64,000 bases of DNA from Nostoc sp. DedSLP01 (GTDB lineage Bacteria; Cyanobacteriota; Cyanobacteriia; Cyanobacteriales; Nostocaceae). The first letter of the stretch is position 1; each line of letters starts with the position of its first letter. Under the pieces are notes generated by a model, which was given only the letters and a program-made list of their open reading frames with translations, was not told where the DNA came from and did not search any database. Shown one piece after another: positions 20,554 to 28,882 of the stretch. The DNA lies in contig JAVRCJ020000026.1 in NCBI GenBank assembly GCA_034530875.2, positions 32,001-96,000 on the forward strand. Reading direction: 5' to 3'. Position numbers and translations under genes: made by a program.

Positions 20554-23526
20554 GTGTTTCCTAAAAGGGTGCAAAGCTACATTAACAAAACCAACATCAA
20601 ACAAGAACAAATAGAACAGGATGAAACAGTATTCGATCGACAAGCTCAATTCACAGGAAAAAAGCAGGCAAGAGAATTAACAAAACTATTGATGCGGCTG
20701 AAACTCGAAACTAAAAAAAGTCAGGCTGCTGAAGTACAGTTACGCCAAAAAACATCAGAATTGGCAGCTATTTTGCAGGTAATTCCCGACTGGTTTTTTC
20801 GGATTGATTCTCGTGGAACTATCCTGGATTATCAGCCAGGAAAAATGCCAAGTCAGTATATTGCACAAGAAATTGAACGGAGTAAAAATTTACCAGAATG
20901 CTTATTAGGCGGTGTAGGCGATCGCTTATACCATGCCATCGCTCAAGTGCTGGCAACTCAAAATGAAGTCAGTTTTGAATATAGCTTACCCCTATCATCG
21001 GGAAATCGTCACTTTGAAGCTAGATTATTACCATTACCAGAGCAACAAATTATAGTTCTTGTCCGCGAAAACGAGGACAAAGTACAAGCTGCATTGGTCG
21101 AAAGAAATACTAAGTTTCGTACTATCATCGAAAATGCTAACAACATTATTTTTGAGTTGACGGTTGAGGGGATATTTTCTTATGTTTCTCCGAACTGGAC
21201 TGATATTTTAGGGCATGAGGTTGCCGAAGTGGAAGGCAAATCCTTTACAGTGTTTCTACATCCTGACGATGTGCAATTGTGTATAGATTATTTACAAACA
21301 GTTGTAACAACAGGCGAAAAACAAGACCCAATCGAATATCGGCTAAAACACAAAAATGGCGGCTGGCGATGGCATACAAGCAATGCATCTGCTAATAGAG
21401 ACGGGTTAGGCAATGTTTTAAACTTTGTTGGTATTTGTTATGACACCACTGACCGCAAACAAGCAGAAGAAGCACTAGCAGAACGCGTGCGTTTAGCAAA
21501 TTTTCGTGCTGATGTGGATGCAGCTCTAACTAAGAGTGACACCTTAGAAAACATGATGCGCGGTTGCACTGAGGCTTTAGTTCAACATCTCGACGCAGCC
21601 TTCGCTCGGATTTGGACGCTCAACAAACAGGAAAATGTACTAGAGTTGCAAGTCAGTTCTGGAATTTACACTCATACTAATGGGTCTCATAGACGCGTGC
21701 CAGTTGGGGAATTAAAAATTGGTGCGATTGCCCAACAAGGCAAACCTCACTTCACTAACTCCGTGCAGACAGATCCCTACATAGCTAACAAAGAGTGGGT
21801 ACAGCGACAAGGTATGGTTGCTTTTGCTGGCTATCCGCTGATTGTTGAAGATGAAACTGTAGGGGTGATAGCGATGTTTGCCCGCCAAGCCCTAGCAGAA
21901 TCAACTTTTAAATCATTGGAATTTGCCGCCCAAGAAATTGCCATTGGCATCAAGCGCAAACAAACAGAAATTGCACTCAGAGAAAGCGTCCAGCGGGAAA
22001 CATTACTCAATCGCCTTTCTGGCCAAATTCGAGCATCTCTAGATCTCAATTACATTGTGGAAACTGCTGTGCGGGAGATTCACAATTTATTTCAAATAGA
22101 CCGCTGCGCCTTCTTTTGGTATCGACAAAATGCCCCGATGCCCTACTGGGAGAGAGTATATGAGGCGAAAAGTTCGTTTTTACCATGTCTGTTGAAGGAG
22201 CAAGGAAATAATGCAGAAATTGAACTCATCGCCAGCAAAACTTTGAATAAAGAAATCATCTGCATAGATGATGTGAAGACTGTGGGCTATGGCACTGCAC
22301 GGCAGTTTTTGAATGATTTCGGTTTCACTGCTTTTATGTCGCTGCCCGTACATACCAAATCTGGAGAAATTGGTGCTTTTAGTTGTGGTTATTGTAATGG
22401 CTCTCGGCGTTGGTTAGACAACGAAGTAGAATTACTCCAAGCAGTTACAGATCAAATAGCGATCGCTATCGATCAAGCCAAACTTTATCATCAAAGTCGC
22501 ATCGCCGCCCAAACTGCCCAAGACAAAGCCCAGCAGCTAGAAGCAACGCTCTTAGAACTCCAACAAACCCAAGCGCAACTGATTCACACTGAAAAAATGT
22601 CTAGTTTGGGACAGTTGGTAGCGGGAATTGCCCACGAAATCAATAACCCCGTCAATTTTATTTATGGCAATATTAGCCACGCCGCTGGATATATCGAAGA
22701 TTTGCTGTACTTAATAGAACTTTATCACCAACATTACTGCCCAGTACCACCAGAAATTCAGCAACAAATCCACACCATTGATTTAGATTTTCTCAAACAA
22801 GACTTGCCCAAAATCCTCAACTCTATTAACTTAGGAGCCGAACGCATTCGGCACATTGTCCTATCTTTACGCAATTTCTCTCGTCTTGATGAAGACGGTA
22901 TGAAACCAGCAGACATTCATGAAGGTTTGGATAACACCTTACTACTATTACAAAATCGTTTAAAAGCCAAACCAGGACATCCCGAAATCCAAGTAATTAA
23001 AGAGTACGGCAACCTGCCACGAGTAGTGTGTCACGCCGGACAAATGAATCAGGTATTTATGAATCTGTTAACAAATGCGATCGATGTGTTAGAAGAGTCA
23101 TTTGTCATTAATCATTTGCCATTAGTAAACAACTCTCAACCAAAGACTAACGACCGAGCGCAAAGTCTGAGCGGAGGTTTCCTCCGTTCCCCGAAGGGGT
23201 TGCCGTTGGCGAAGCCTCTCGAAGAGAAGGCATCGGAACTTTGTAAGAGAGGAGTAATGACTTCTCCCACAATTCGCATCCGCACCCTCATCGAAAACAA
23301 TTGTGTAATTATTCGCATTGCTGACAATGGTACGGGGATGACTGAGGAAGTACGCAAACGCTTATTTGACCCGTTTTTCACTACCAAACCTGTGGGTAAA
23401 GGCACTGGCATGGGTTTATCAATTAGTTACCAGATTGTTGTCAAAAAACACGATGGTCAACTTGAGTGTATTTCAGCACCGGGAGAAGGTGCCGAGTTTG
23501 CGATCGCCATCCCACTCAAGCAGTAA
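20554..23526 (+). CDS. Multi-sensor histidine kinase (PAS-PAS/PAC-GAF-GAF-HisKA-HATPase)
   Basis: PAS motif FLHPDDV, PAC DTTDRKQAE, two GAF domains, H-box AGIAHEINNPVNFI, N-box NLLTNAID, G-boxes DNGTGM and PFFTTKPVGKGTGMGL. Confidence 0.93.
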   Translation: MFPKRVQSYINKTNIKQEQIEQDETVFDRQAQFTGKKQARELTKLLMRLKLETKKSQAAEVQLRQKTSELAAILQVIPDWFFRIDSRGTILDYQPGKMPSQYIAQEIERSKNLPECLLGGVGDRLYHAIAQVLATQNEVSFEYSLPLSSGNRHFEARLLPLPEQQIIVLVRENEDKVQAALVERNTKFRTIIENANNIIFELTVEGIFSYVSPNWTDILGHEVAEVEGKSFTVFLHPDDVQLCIDYLQTVVTTGEKQDPIEYRLKHKNGGWRWHTSNASANRDGLGNVLNFVGICYDTTDRKQAEEALAERVRLANFRADVDAALTKSDTLENMMRGCTEALVQHLDAAFARIWTLNKQENVLELQVSSGIYTHTNGSHRRVPVGELKIGAIAQQGKPHFTNSVQTDPYIANKEWVQRQGMVAFAGYPLIVEDETVGVIAMFARQALAESTFKSLEFAAQEIAIGIKRKQTEIALRESVQRETLLNRLSGQIRASLDLNYIVETAVREIHNLFQIDRCAFFWYRQNAPMPYWERVYEAKSSFLPCLLKEQGNNAEIELIASKTLNKEIICIDDVKTVGYGTARQFLNDFGFTAFMSLPVHTKSGEIGAFSCGYCNGSRRWLDNEVELLQAVTDQIAIAIDQAKLYHQSRIAAQTAQDKAQQLEATLLELQQTQAQLIHTEKMSSLGQLVAGIAHEINNPVNFIYGNISHAAGYIEDLLYLIELYHQHYCPVPPEIQQQIHTIDLDFLKQDLPKILNSINLGAERIRHIVLSLRNFSRLDEDGMKPADIHEGLDNTLLLLQNRLKAKPGHPEIQVIKEYGNLPRVVCHAGQMNQVFMNLLTNAIDVLEESFVINHLPLVNNSQPKTNDRAQSLSGGFLRSPKGLPLAKPLEEKASELCKRGVMTSPTIRIRTLIENNCVIIRIADNGTGMTEEVRKRLFDPFFTTKPVGKGTGMGLSISYQIVVKKHDGQLECISAPGEGAEFAIAIPLKQ

Positions 23527-23732
23527 CCTTTGCCATTAATATAATCAATTATTAACCTTTTGTTAACCAAATTTTAACTAAAAAGTTGTTAACTGAGATC
23601 AATTCACTTTTTGCTGCAACATTTAAACATCCCTCCAACAACTGTAAATTTACAGAAGTCAGGGGGGTTATTTTTAACGAAGGCAGGAGGCAGAGGGCAG
23701 GATAGCGCAGCTAAGCCGTGTCCGCGAGCGTC

Positions 23733-23821
23733 GGCAGGAGGCCGTTTTTGTAACGAGGATTTATACCCCATTCCAAATACTTTGGACGAAGTACGGTTTT
23801 TGACCCGATTGTTTCGATAAC
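23733..23821 (+). repeat. Dispersed repeat of about 88 bp, copy 2
   Basis: Near-identical ends to 20111-20197, with a diverged middle. Confidence 0.8.
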
Positions 23822-23945
23822 AATATAAACTACAGCATAAATTGCGTCTGTACAAGAATCAATCTTTTTACAGACAGCGATTTGTCACCTCAAGAAATGT
23901 ACAAAAAAAATTCTGAATTCTGAGTTCTGTATTCTGTATTCTTCT

Positions 23946-24731
23946 TTAAAATTCCTGCTGTTGATAAACAAGATAAATAGCTTCTAAAAATACATCAGGC
24001 GTAAAAGCTTCTGGCAATTTTTCTAAATTAATAATAGCTTGAACTTCCTCTGCTAATTTTAAAGATAGTGATGCTCTTGTTTTTAAAGACATTGCGCTAC
24101 GTCGTTGTAAATACTCTCGAATCACAGCGAAATCATCCGGCAACAATTGGGATAAATTAGCAGTTTGTAGCAATTCATCGTGGAGTTTATTTGCTTGCTC
24201 TGAAATTGTGAATTTGGCTGATGCATTGGCTGGTTCGGTCTGAATCACAATTGTACCGGCAGCCATATCACCCAAGCGCTTTTCGCGGCTACCCAACATA
24301 ATTAAAAAAGCGCCAATAAATAAAGTTTCATCAAATGGTCGCAATAAAGCACGTAATGTTGCTTGCTGTAGTCCGATGAGTCTGCCATCATCTCTAACTA
24401 CGCGAATTTTAGCAATGCGTTTTCCAGGTGTTTGCCCAAACCATAAAGTTTCAAAAAATACAAAATAACCAATGTAAATTGCAAAGGCAATAAATAAGAA
24501 AATTGCTACTAACCAAAGTCCTATATGCCGAGCATTTGTAATCAAGCCTTCGACAAAATTAAACACTTGTGTTGAGAAGAAACTCCAGGCAAGCACAAAT
24601 AGTAGCAAACTGATACCTAACACTGTATAGTCAACCGCCAGTGCTAATGCTCGATTGCCGATTCCTGCTAAAGTGAATTCTAGTTCTACACTTTCTGGAG
24701 TTTGGAAGGAGATGCGATTAAAAAAGCGCAT
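23946..24731 (-). CDS. RDD family membrane protein
   Basis: TPESVELEFTLAGIGNRALALAVD, GQTPGKR, KRLGDMAAGTIV. Confidence 0.9.
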   Translation of the reverse strand: MRFFNRISFQTPESVELEFTLAGIGNRALALAVDYTVLGISLLLFVLAWSFFSTQVFNFVEGLITNARHIGLWLVAIFLFIAFAIYIGYFVFFETLWFGQTPGKRIAKIRVVRDDGRLIGLQQATLRALLRPFDETLFIGAFLIMLGSREKRLGDMAAGTIVIQTEPANASAKFTISEQANKLHDELLQTANLSQLLPDDFAVIREYLQRRSAMSLKTRASLSLKLAEEVQAIINLEKLPEAFTPDVFLEAIYLVYQQQEF

Positions 24732-24788
24732 ATATGAACTAACGAAAAATTAATAAAGTTGAATTCAGGTATTGAGTTAGTGAAAATC

Positions 24789-25622
24789 CTACGCCGGAGG
24801 TTGTCGTAACTGCAAACCCAAACCTTCACGCCGACTACGCAAATCAAAGTATAAAACAGCTTTCAAGGCTTGCCAAAATGGCATGATCAAAACTCCACCA
24901 ATTAAGCTACCAATCCAAGAAATAATATACACAATTGAGTAGATAGCAGAGCCTTCCTCAAGTTTTAAAAGAAAGAAGCTCGGTATATAATTTAATACAG
25001 CTATTAGTGGGAATGTGACGATAAAACCAACTAAAACAACGCCTTGAATGCGAAATACTGAAGCTTTAGTTAACTCCCAACTTCTGTCAATACTTTCGCC
25101 ACCATTAATATTTTCCTCAACTGCTAGGGGAACTTCAGCAACAATCCAACGTGAATAAAACCAGCTTAATCCCAACAGCACGATCGCCACAGTTACAATT
25201 ATTCCCAATGTGGTTGCGACTATAACGCCCGAACGGCCTAATATCCCTCCAAAAACTATTCCTACCAAGCCAGCGAAGATAAAACCAACAATCGCTAATC
25301 CAAAATAAATTGCCAGTAAAGATAACCCGACTTGCAAAGCAACTCTGAAAAATGACCACAAACGAGGATTAATATGACTGTTGGCACTTTGGACGCTTTC
25401 AGGCTGGTAAACTAATTCTCCAAAAGCCAAACGTGAAATTAATCCAGAAATGGCAGCGTATTTTGCCCAGCCATAAATCGGGACTATAATCCACAAGTGA
25501 GCGATCGCAGCTAAATTTAGATAAGTCTTGAGATGAGAACGATACAATCGCACAGCTGCACTGACAACGTTACCGATACTCAGTGGTTGTATGTGGCCTG
25601 GAGATCCAAAATTTTCAGACAT
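24789..25622 (-). CDS. Hypothetical multi-pass membrane protein of the type found with RDD/SpoIIM genes
   Basis: Several TM helices; motifs PLSIGNVV, SIDRSWELTK and LYFDLRSRREG. Confidence 0.8.
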   Translation of the reverse strand: MSENFGSPGHIQPLSIGNVVSAAVRLYRSHLKTYLNLAAIAHLWIIVPIYGWAKYAAISGLISRLAFGELVYQPESVQSANSHINPRLWSFFRVALQVGLSLLAIYFGLAIVGFIFAGLVGIVFGGILGRSGVIVATTLGIIVTVAIVLLGLSWFYSRWIVAEVPLAVEENINGGESIDRSWELTKASVFRIQGVVLVGFIVTFPLIAVLNYIPSFFLLKLEEGSAIYSIVYIISWIGSLIGGVLIMPFWQALKAVLYFDLRSRREGLGLQLRQPPA

Positions 25623-25702
25623 AATACCAAATTTCCCTTGAAAGTACGGATCTGAATTTGAGGCTATCTTAAGCTAAGTTAAAGTCAGTGTCCCCAAAAT
25701 TC

Positions 25703-26701
25703 ATGAATATTCAACGTTGGATTGCACGACGAGAACCGAATTGGCAGCGTTTGGATGCCTTATTAAAGCAAGTAGAAAAACAAGGCTTGAAGTCTCTCCG
25801 GGCAGCCGAAATTAGAGAGTTAGCAAGCTTGTATCGTTCGGTAACGGCAGATTTAGCCCGCGCCCGCACCCAGAAAATCAGCAATACTTTGATACAAAGT
25901 TTACAATCTTTAACAAGCCGTGCTTATACGCAAATCTACCAAGGTTCGCGGCGGCAAGAATGGCAGGCAGTTATAGAATTTTACCGTTGGGGATTGCCAT
26001 CTGTAGTGCAAAAAACATTTGGATATATTGCTGCGGCTACGGCGTTGTTTCTATTGGGTGCGCTAGTGGCTTGGTGGTATTCTTGGCAAAATCCTAGTTT
26101 CATGTCCTTAATCGTACCTGAAAGCTTGATTACCAAGGTGCGAGATGAGCATAAATTGTGGATGGGTTCAATTGTTGGTATGGAACCTCTAGCATCCAGT
26201 GGGATTACAATTAATAACTTGTCGGTGTCTTTTGGGGCTGTGGCTGGTGGGATTACAGCTGGGATATACACAGCCTATTTGATGGTATTTAATGGTTTAT
26301 TAATTGGTGCCGTTGGTACTTTAGTTGGTCAAAATAATTTAGCGTATCCTTTTTGGGCATTTGTATTTCCGCATGGTTCCTTAGAATTGCCTGCGATATT
26401 TTTTGCTGGGGGCGCAGGATTTTTAATAGGAAGAGCAATTTTATTTCCTAGTAAATATCGCCGAGGAGATGCACTGAAATTTTATGGTAATCAGGCGGTG
26501 CAGTTAGTATTTGGGATTGTACCAATGTTGATGATTGCAGGGGCGATCGAAGGCTTCTTTTCGCCTAATCCGAGCATACCCGACCCGATTAAATATCTTG
26601 CAGGAATGGGATTGTTTATAGTTTTAGTAATGTATTGTAGTCGCAAGAAAATATCAGTAGAAGAATTGAGAACTCAGAACTCAGGAGTCAGAATTCAGTA
26701 G
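25703..26701 (+). CDS. Stage II sporulation protein M (SpoIIM) family membrane protein
   Basis: LYRSVTADLARAR, ITINNLSV, FNGLLIG, PHGSLELPAI, IAGAIEGFFSP. Confidence 0.9.
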   Translation: MNIQRWIARREPNWQRLDALLKQVEKQGLKSLRAAEIRELASLYRSVTADLARARTQKISNTLIQSLQSLTSRAYTQIYQGSRRQEWQAVIEFYRWGLPSVVQKTFGYIAAATALFLLGALVAWWYSWQNPSFMSLIVPESLITKVRDEHKLWMGSIVGMEPLASSGITINNLSVSFGAVAGGITAGIYTAYLMVFNGLLIGAVGTLVGQNNLAYPFWAFVFPHGSLELPAIFFAGGAGFLIGRAILFPSKYRRGDALKFYGNQAVQLVFGIVPMLMIAGAIEGFFSPNPSIPDPIKYLAGMGLFIVLVMYCSRKKISVEELRTQNSGVRIQ

Positions 26702-26774
26702 GGTGTGTTAATGCTGGTGGTACGTCATCGTCAAAAATTCAAGGTGCGTTGTGCTGTGCGACAATGCACCCTAC
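26698..26774. repeat. REP-like GTAGGG...CCCTAC element
   Basis: Starts GTAGGGTGTGTT and ends GGTGCGTTGTGCTGTGCGACAATGCACCCTAC (hairpin). It supplies the TAG stop of the upstream gene. Confidence 0.65.
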
Positions 26775-26967
26775 ATCTAAGAACCAAGGAAATTAAGAAA
26801 TCAAATTATATTGCTAGAGTTTAAAATTTACAACTTGTATATCTGTTTGATTTTGGCTTGAATTATCAAGTTTAAGTATAGAAGCTGGATTAATTATAAA
26901 TAATTAATTTTCGCAATTTATTTTGTTAAAATTGAGAGTGAAGTACACTTTTTGAATAAGTATAATC

Positions 26968-27351
26968 ATGGCAGAATTAACTATTCAAATACCTGATGAG
27001 TTGGCTCAACGTCTAGAACCTCTGCAAAATCGGTTACCTGAATTGCTGTTGCAACTCCTGGAAAATGAGAAGATACAAACAATTAGTCAGCCAACAGTTA
27101 AAACAGAGGTTATAGATATTCCAGCAGTTTATCAAGAAGTTCTTGATTTTTTAATTAAGCGTCCAACGCCAGAAGAAATTCTTGCTTTTAAAGTCTCAGC
27201 GCCAGCCCAAAGACAGCTACAAGAATTACTAGAAAAAAATCGCTCTACAACACTCACTGCAATGGAATTGGCAGAATTGGATGTTTACGAGCAATTAGAA
27301 CATCTGATGCTTTTACTCAAGGCGCAAGCTTTAAAAGGCGAGATCGCTTAA
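26968..27351 (+). CDS. Hypothetical protein, putative antitoxin-like partner of the HNH nuclease
   Basis: N-terminal MAELTIQIPDELAQRL strand-helix (RHH-like) pattern; ends 1 nt before the HNH gene. Confidence 0.65.
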   Translation: MAELTIQIPDELAQRLEPLQNRLPELLLQLLENEKIQTISQPTVKTEVIDIPAVYQEVLDFLIKRPTPEEILAFKVSAPAQRQLQELLEKNRSTTLTAMELAELDVYEQLEHLMLLLKAQALKGEIA

Positions 27352-27352
27352 C

Positions 27353-27766
27353 ATGAGTTCTAATCCAATTTCTCGGGAACTTCGTCAGCTTGTCGTTAAA
27401 AAAGCTTCGGAACGGTGTGAATATTGCCTAATTCACCAAGATTTTTCAATTTATACCCATGAAGTAGACCATATTATTGCGATAAAGCATGGGGGCGAAA
27501 CTACAATCGAAAATTTGGCACTTTCATGTTTATCTTGCAATCGCCACAAAGGTTCTGATTTTGCGACTATAGATGCCATTACAGCAGAAATTGTGCCGTT
27601 GTTTAACCCTCGGCGTCAGGTTTGGGACGAACATTTCTATCTTGAAGGTGCAAGAATAGAGGGGAAAACTCAGATTGGTCAAGGGACTGCAAAGTTACTT
27701 CAGTTTAACCTTCCCAATCGTGTGCTTCAACGACAAGTTTTAATGAGTCAAGAACAGTATCCCTAA
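27353..27766 (+). CDS. HNH endonuclease
   Basis: RCEYC, EVDHIIAIKHGG, NLALSCLSCNRHKGS, LFNPR. Confidence 0.92.
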   Translation: MSSNPISRELRQLVVKKASERCEYCLIHQDFSIYTHEVDHIIAIKHGGETTIENLALSCLSCNRHKGSDFATIDAITAEIVPLFNPRRQVWDEHFYLEGARIEGKTQIGQGTAKLLQFNLPNRVLQRQVLMSQEQYP

Positions 27767-27853
27767 GTAAAAGCGTGCAGTCCGCCGATTCATTTAAAGT
27801 TTATAAAAAACCTTCTAATTTTTATTGCCCACTTATCTTACTTCAGAAAAATA

Positions 27854-28465
27854 TTAACTATTAATAATCCCTACAAGTATTTTTACAAGTAACGATAAAT
27901 CTTGTGGAACTTGATAGCGTTTATGGTCTTGAGTCACCTGACGATTTGCACGATGATAAACTCCAAAACGCCAGTCTTCACCTGTTGTAACTGCTCCATA
28001 TAGAAGTTCAGATGCAGATTTAGTCCATGCGTCAAGTGCAATTAATTCAATTGCAAGTTGAGTAAATCCTCTAACTAAATCTGATTGTTTTGCTTCAATG
28101 ACTAATAAATTTTGAGGCGCTGCAATATAATAGTCGAGAGTGCCTTTGAGATAATCGTTGATAGCAATAGAATATTCTATATTAAGTCGTTGATTAGTTA
28201 AACTACAAACCTCAAACAAAATTGGGCCAATTAAAGCTTCACGTCTAGCAGTTTCATTAACTAAATCGATATGAGATAAATTACGCTGCAACTGCTGTTG
28301 TAAAAACTGTAAATTAAAAAAATCTGAAGATTCGGGTAAAGTTAGATTCTTCCTTTCAAGAGTGCAATTTAAATCCGCTAAAATATCATCAATAGTAAAG
28401 GGCAATTCAAAATATCGGCTAAAAGTATAAGATTCACCAGCTTTGAGGATACGGCGGGAATTCAT
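27854..28465 (-). CDS. Hypothetical protein, probable PD-(D/E)XK restriction-endonuclease-like fold
   Basis: NETARRE, GTLDYYI...VIEAK, GFTQLAIEL, YGAVTTGEDWRF. Confidence 0.7.
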   Translation of the reverse strand: MNSRRILKAGESYTFSRYFELPFTIDDILADLNCTLERKNLTLPESSDFFNLQFLQQQLQRNLSHIDLVNETARREALIGPILFEVCSLTNQRLNIEYSIAINDYLKGTLDYYIAAPQNLLVIEAKQSDLVRGFTQLAIELIALDAWTKSASELLYGAVTTGEDWRFGVYHRANRQVTQDHKRYQVPQDLSLLVKILVGIINS

Positions 28466-28554
28466 AAAACAGCCAAGCCAAGTTGATTCTACTTAATTCT
28501 ATACAAATTAGCTGAGGTGTTACGAGAAATCGGCAGATGTTTGCAACCCAGTCA

Positions 28555-28719
28555 GAGGTTGTTTGAAAAGTGTTTTGCTGTGATTTTAGGCACGTTTAGA
28601 TCCCCCCCTAGCCCCCCCTTAAAAAGGGGGGAACTGGAATCAAAGTCCCCCTTTTTAAGGGGGATTTAGGGGGATCTAGAACTTTTCAATACCGACTAGA
28701 GGACTTTTCAAACATCCTC
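28555..28719. mobile_element. MITE with TIRs and 3-bp TCA target-site duplication
   Basis: AGAGGTTGTTTGAAAAGT (28554-28571) matches ACTTTTCAAACATCCTCT (28703-28720) at 17/18 inverted positions. TCA flanks both sides of 28555-28719. Internal palindromes CCCCCCTTAAAAAGGGGGG and CCCCCTTTTTAAGGGGG. Confidence 0.85.
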
Positions 28720-28882
28720 TCAGAGCTTGTTGATAAAGGGGAGCGATCGCTACTCTAGAAATAGGCACGATTAAACATCACTTATTTTACTTTGCTTTGT
28801 GAAACCATTCCTAAATGTGGAGTGCTTTTCGGCTACTTTTCGGCTTATGATTTGAAGGCTATCGGACTTGTAGCCAGATCGA

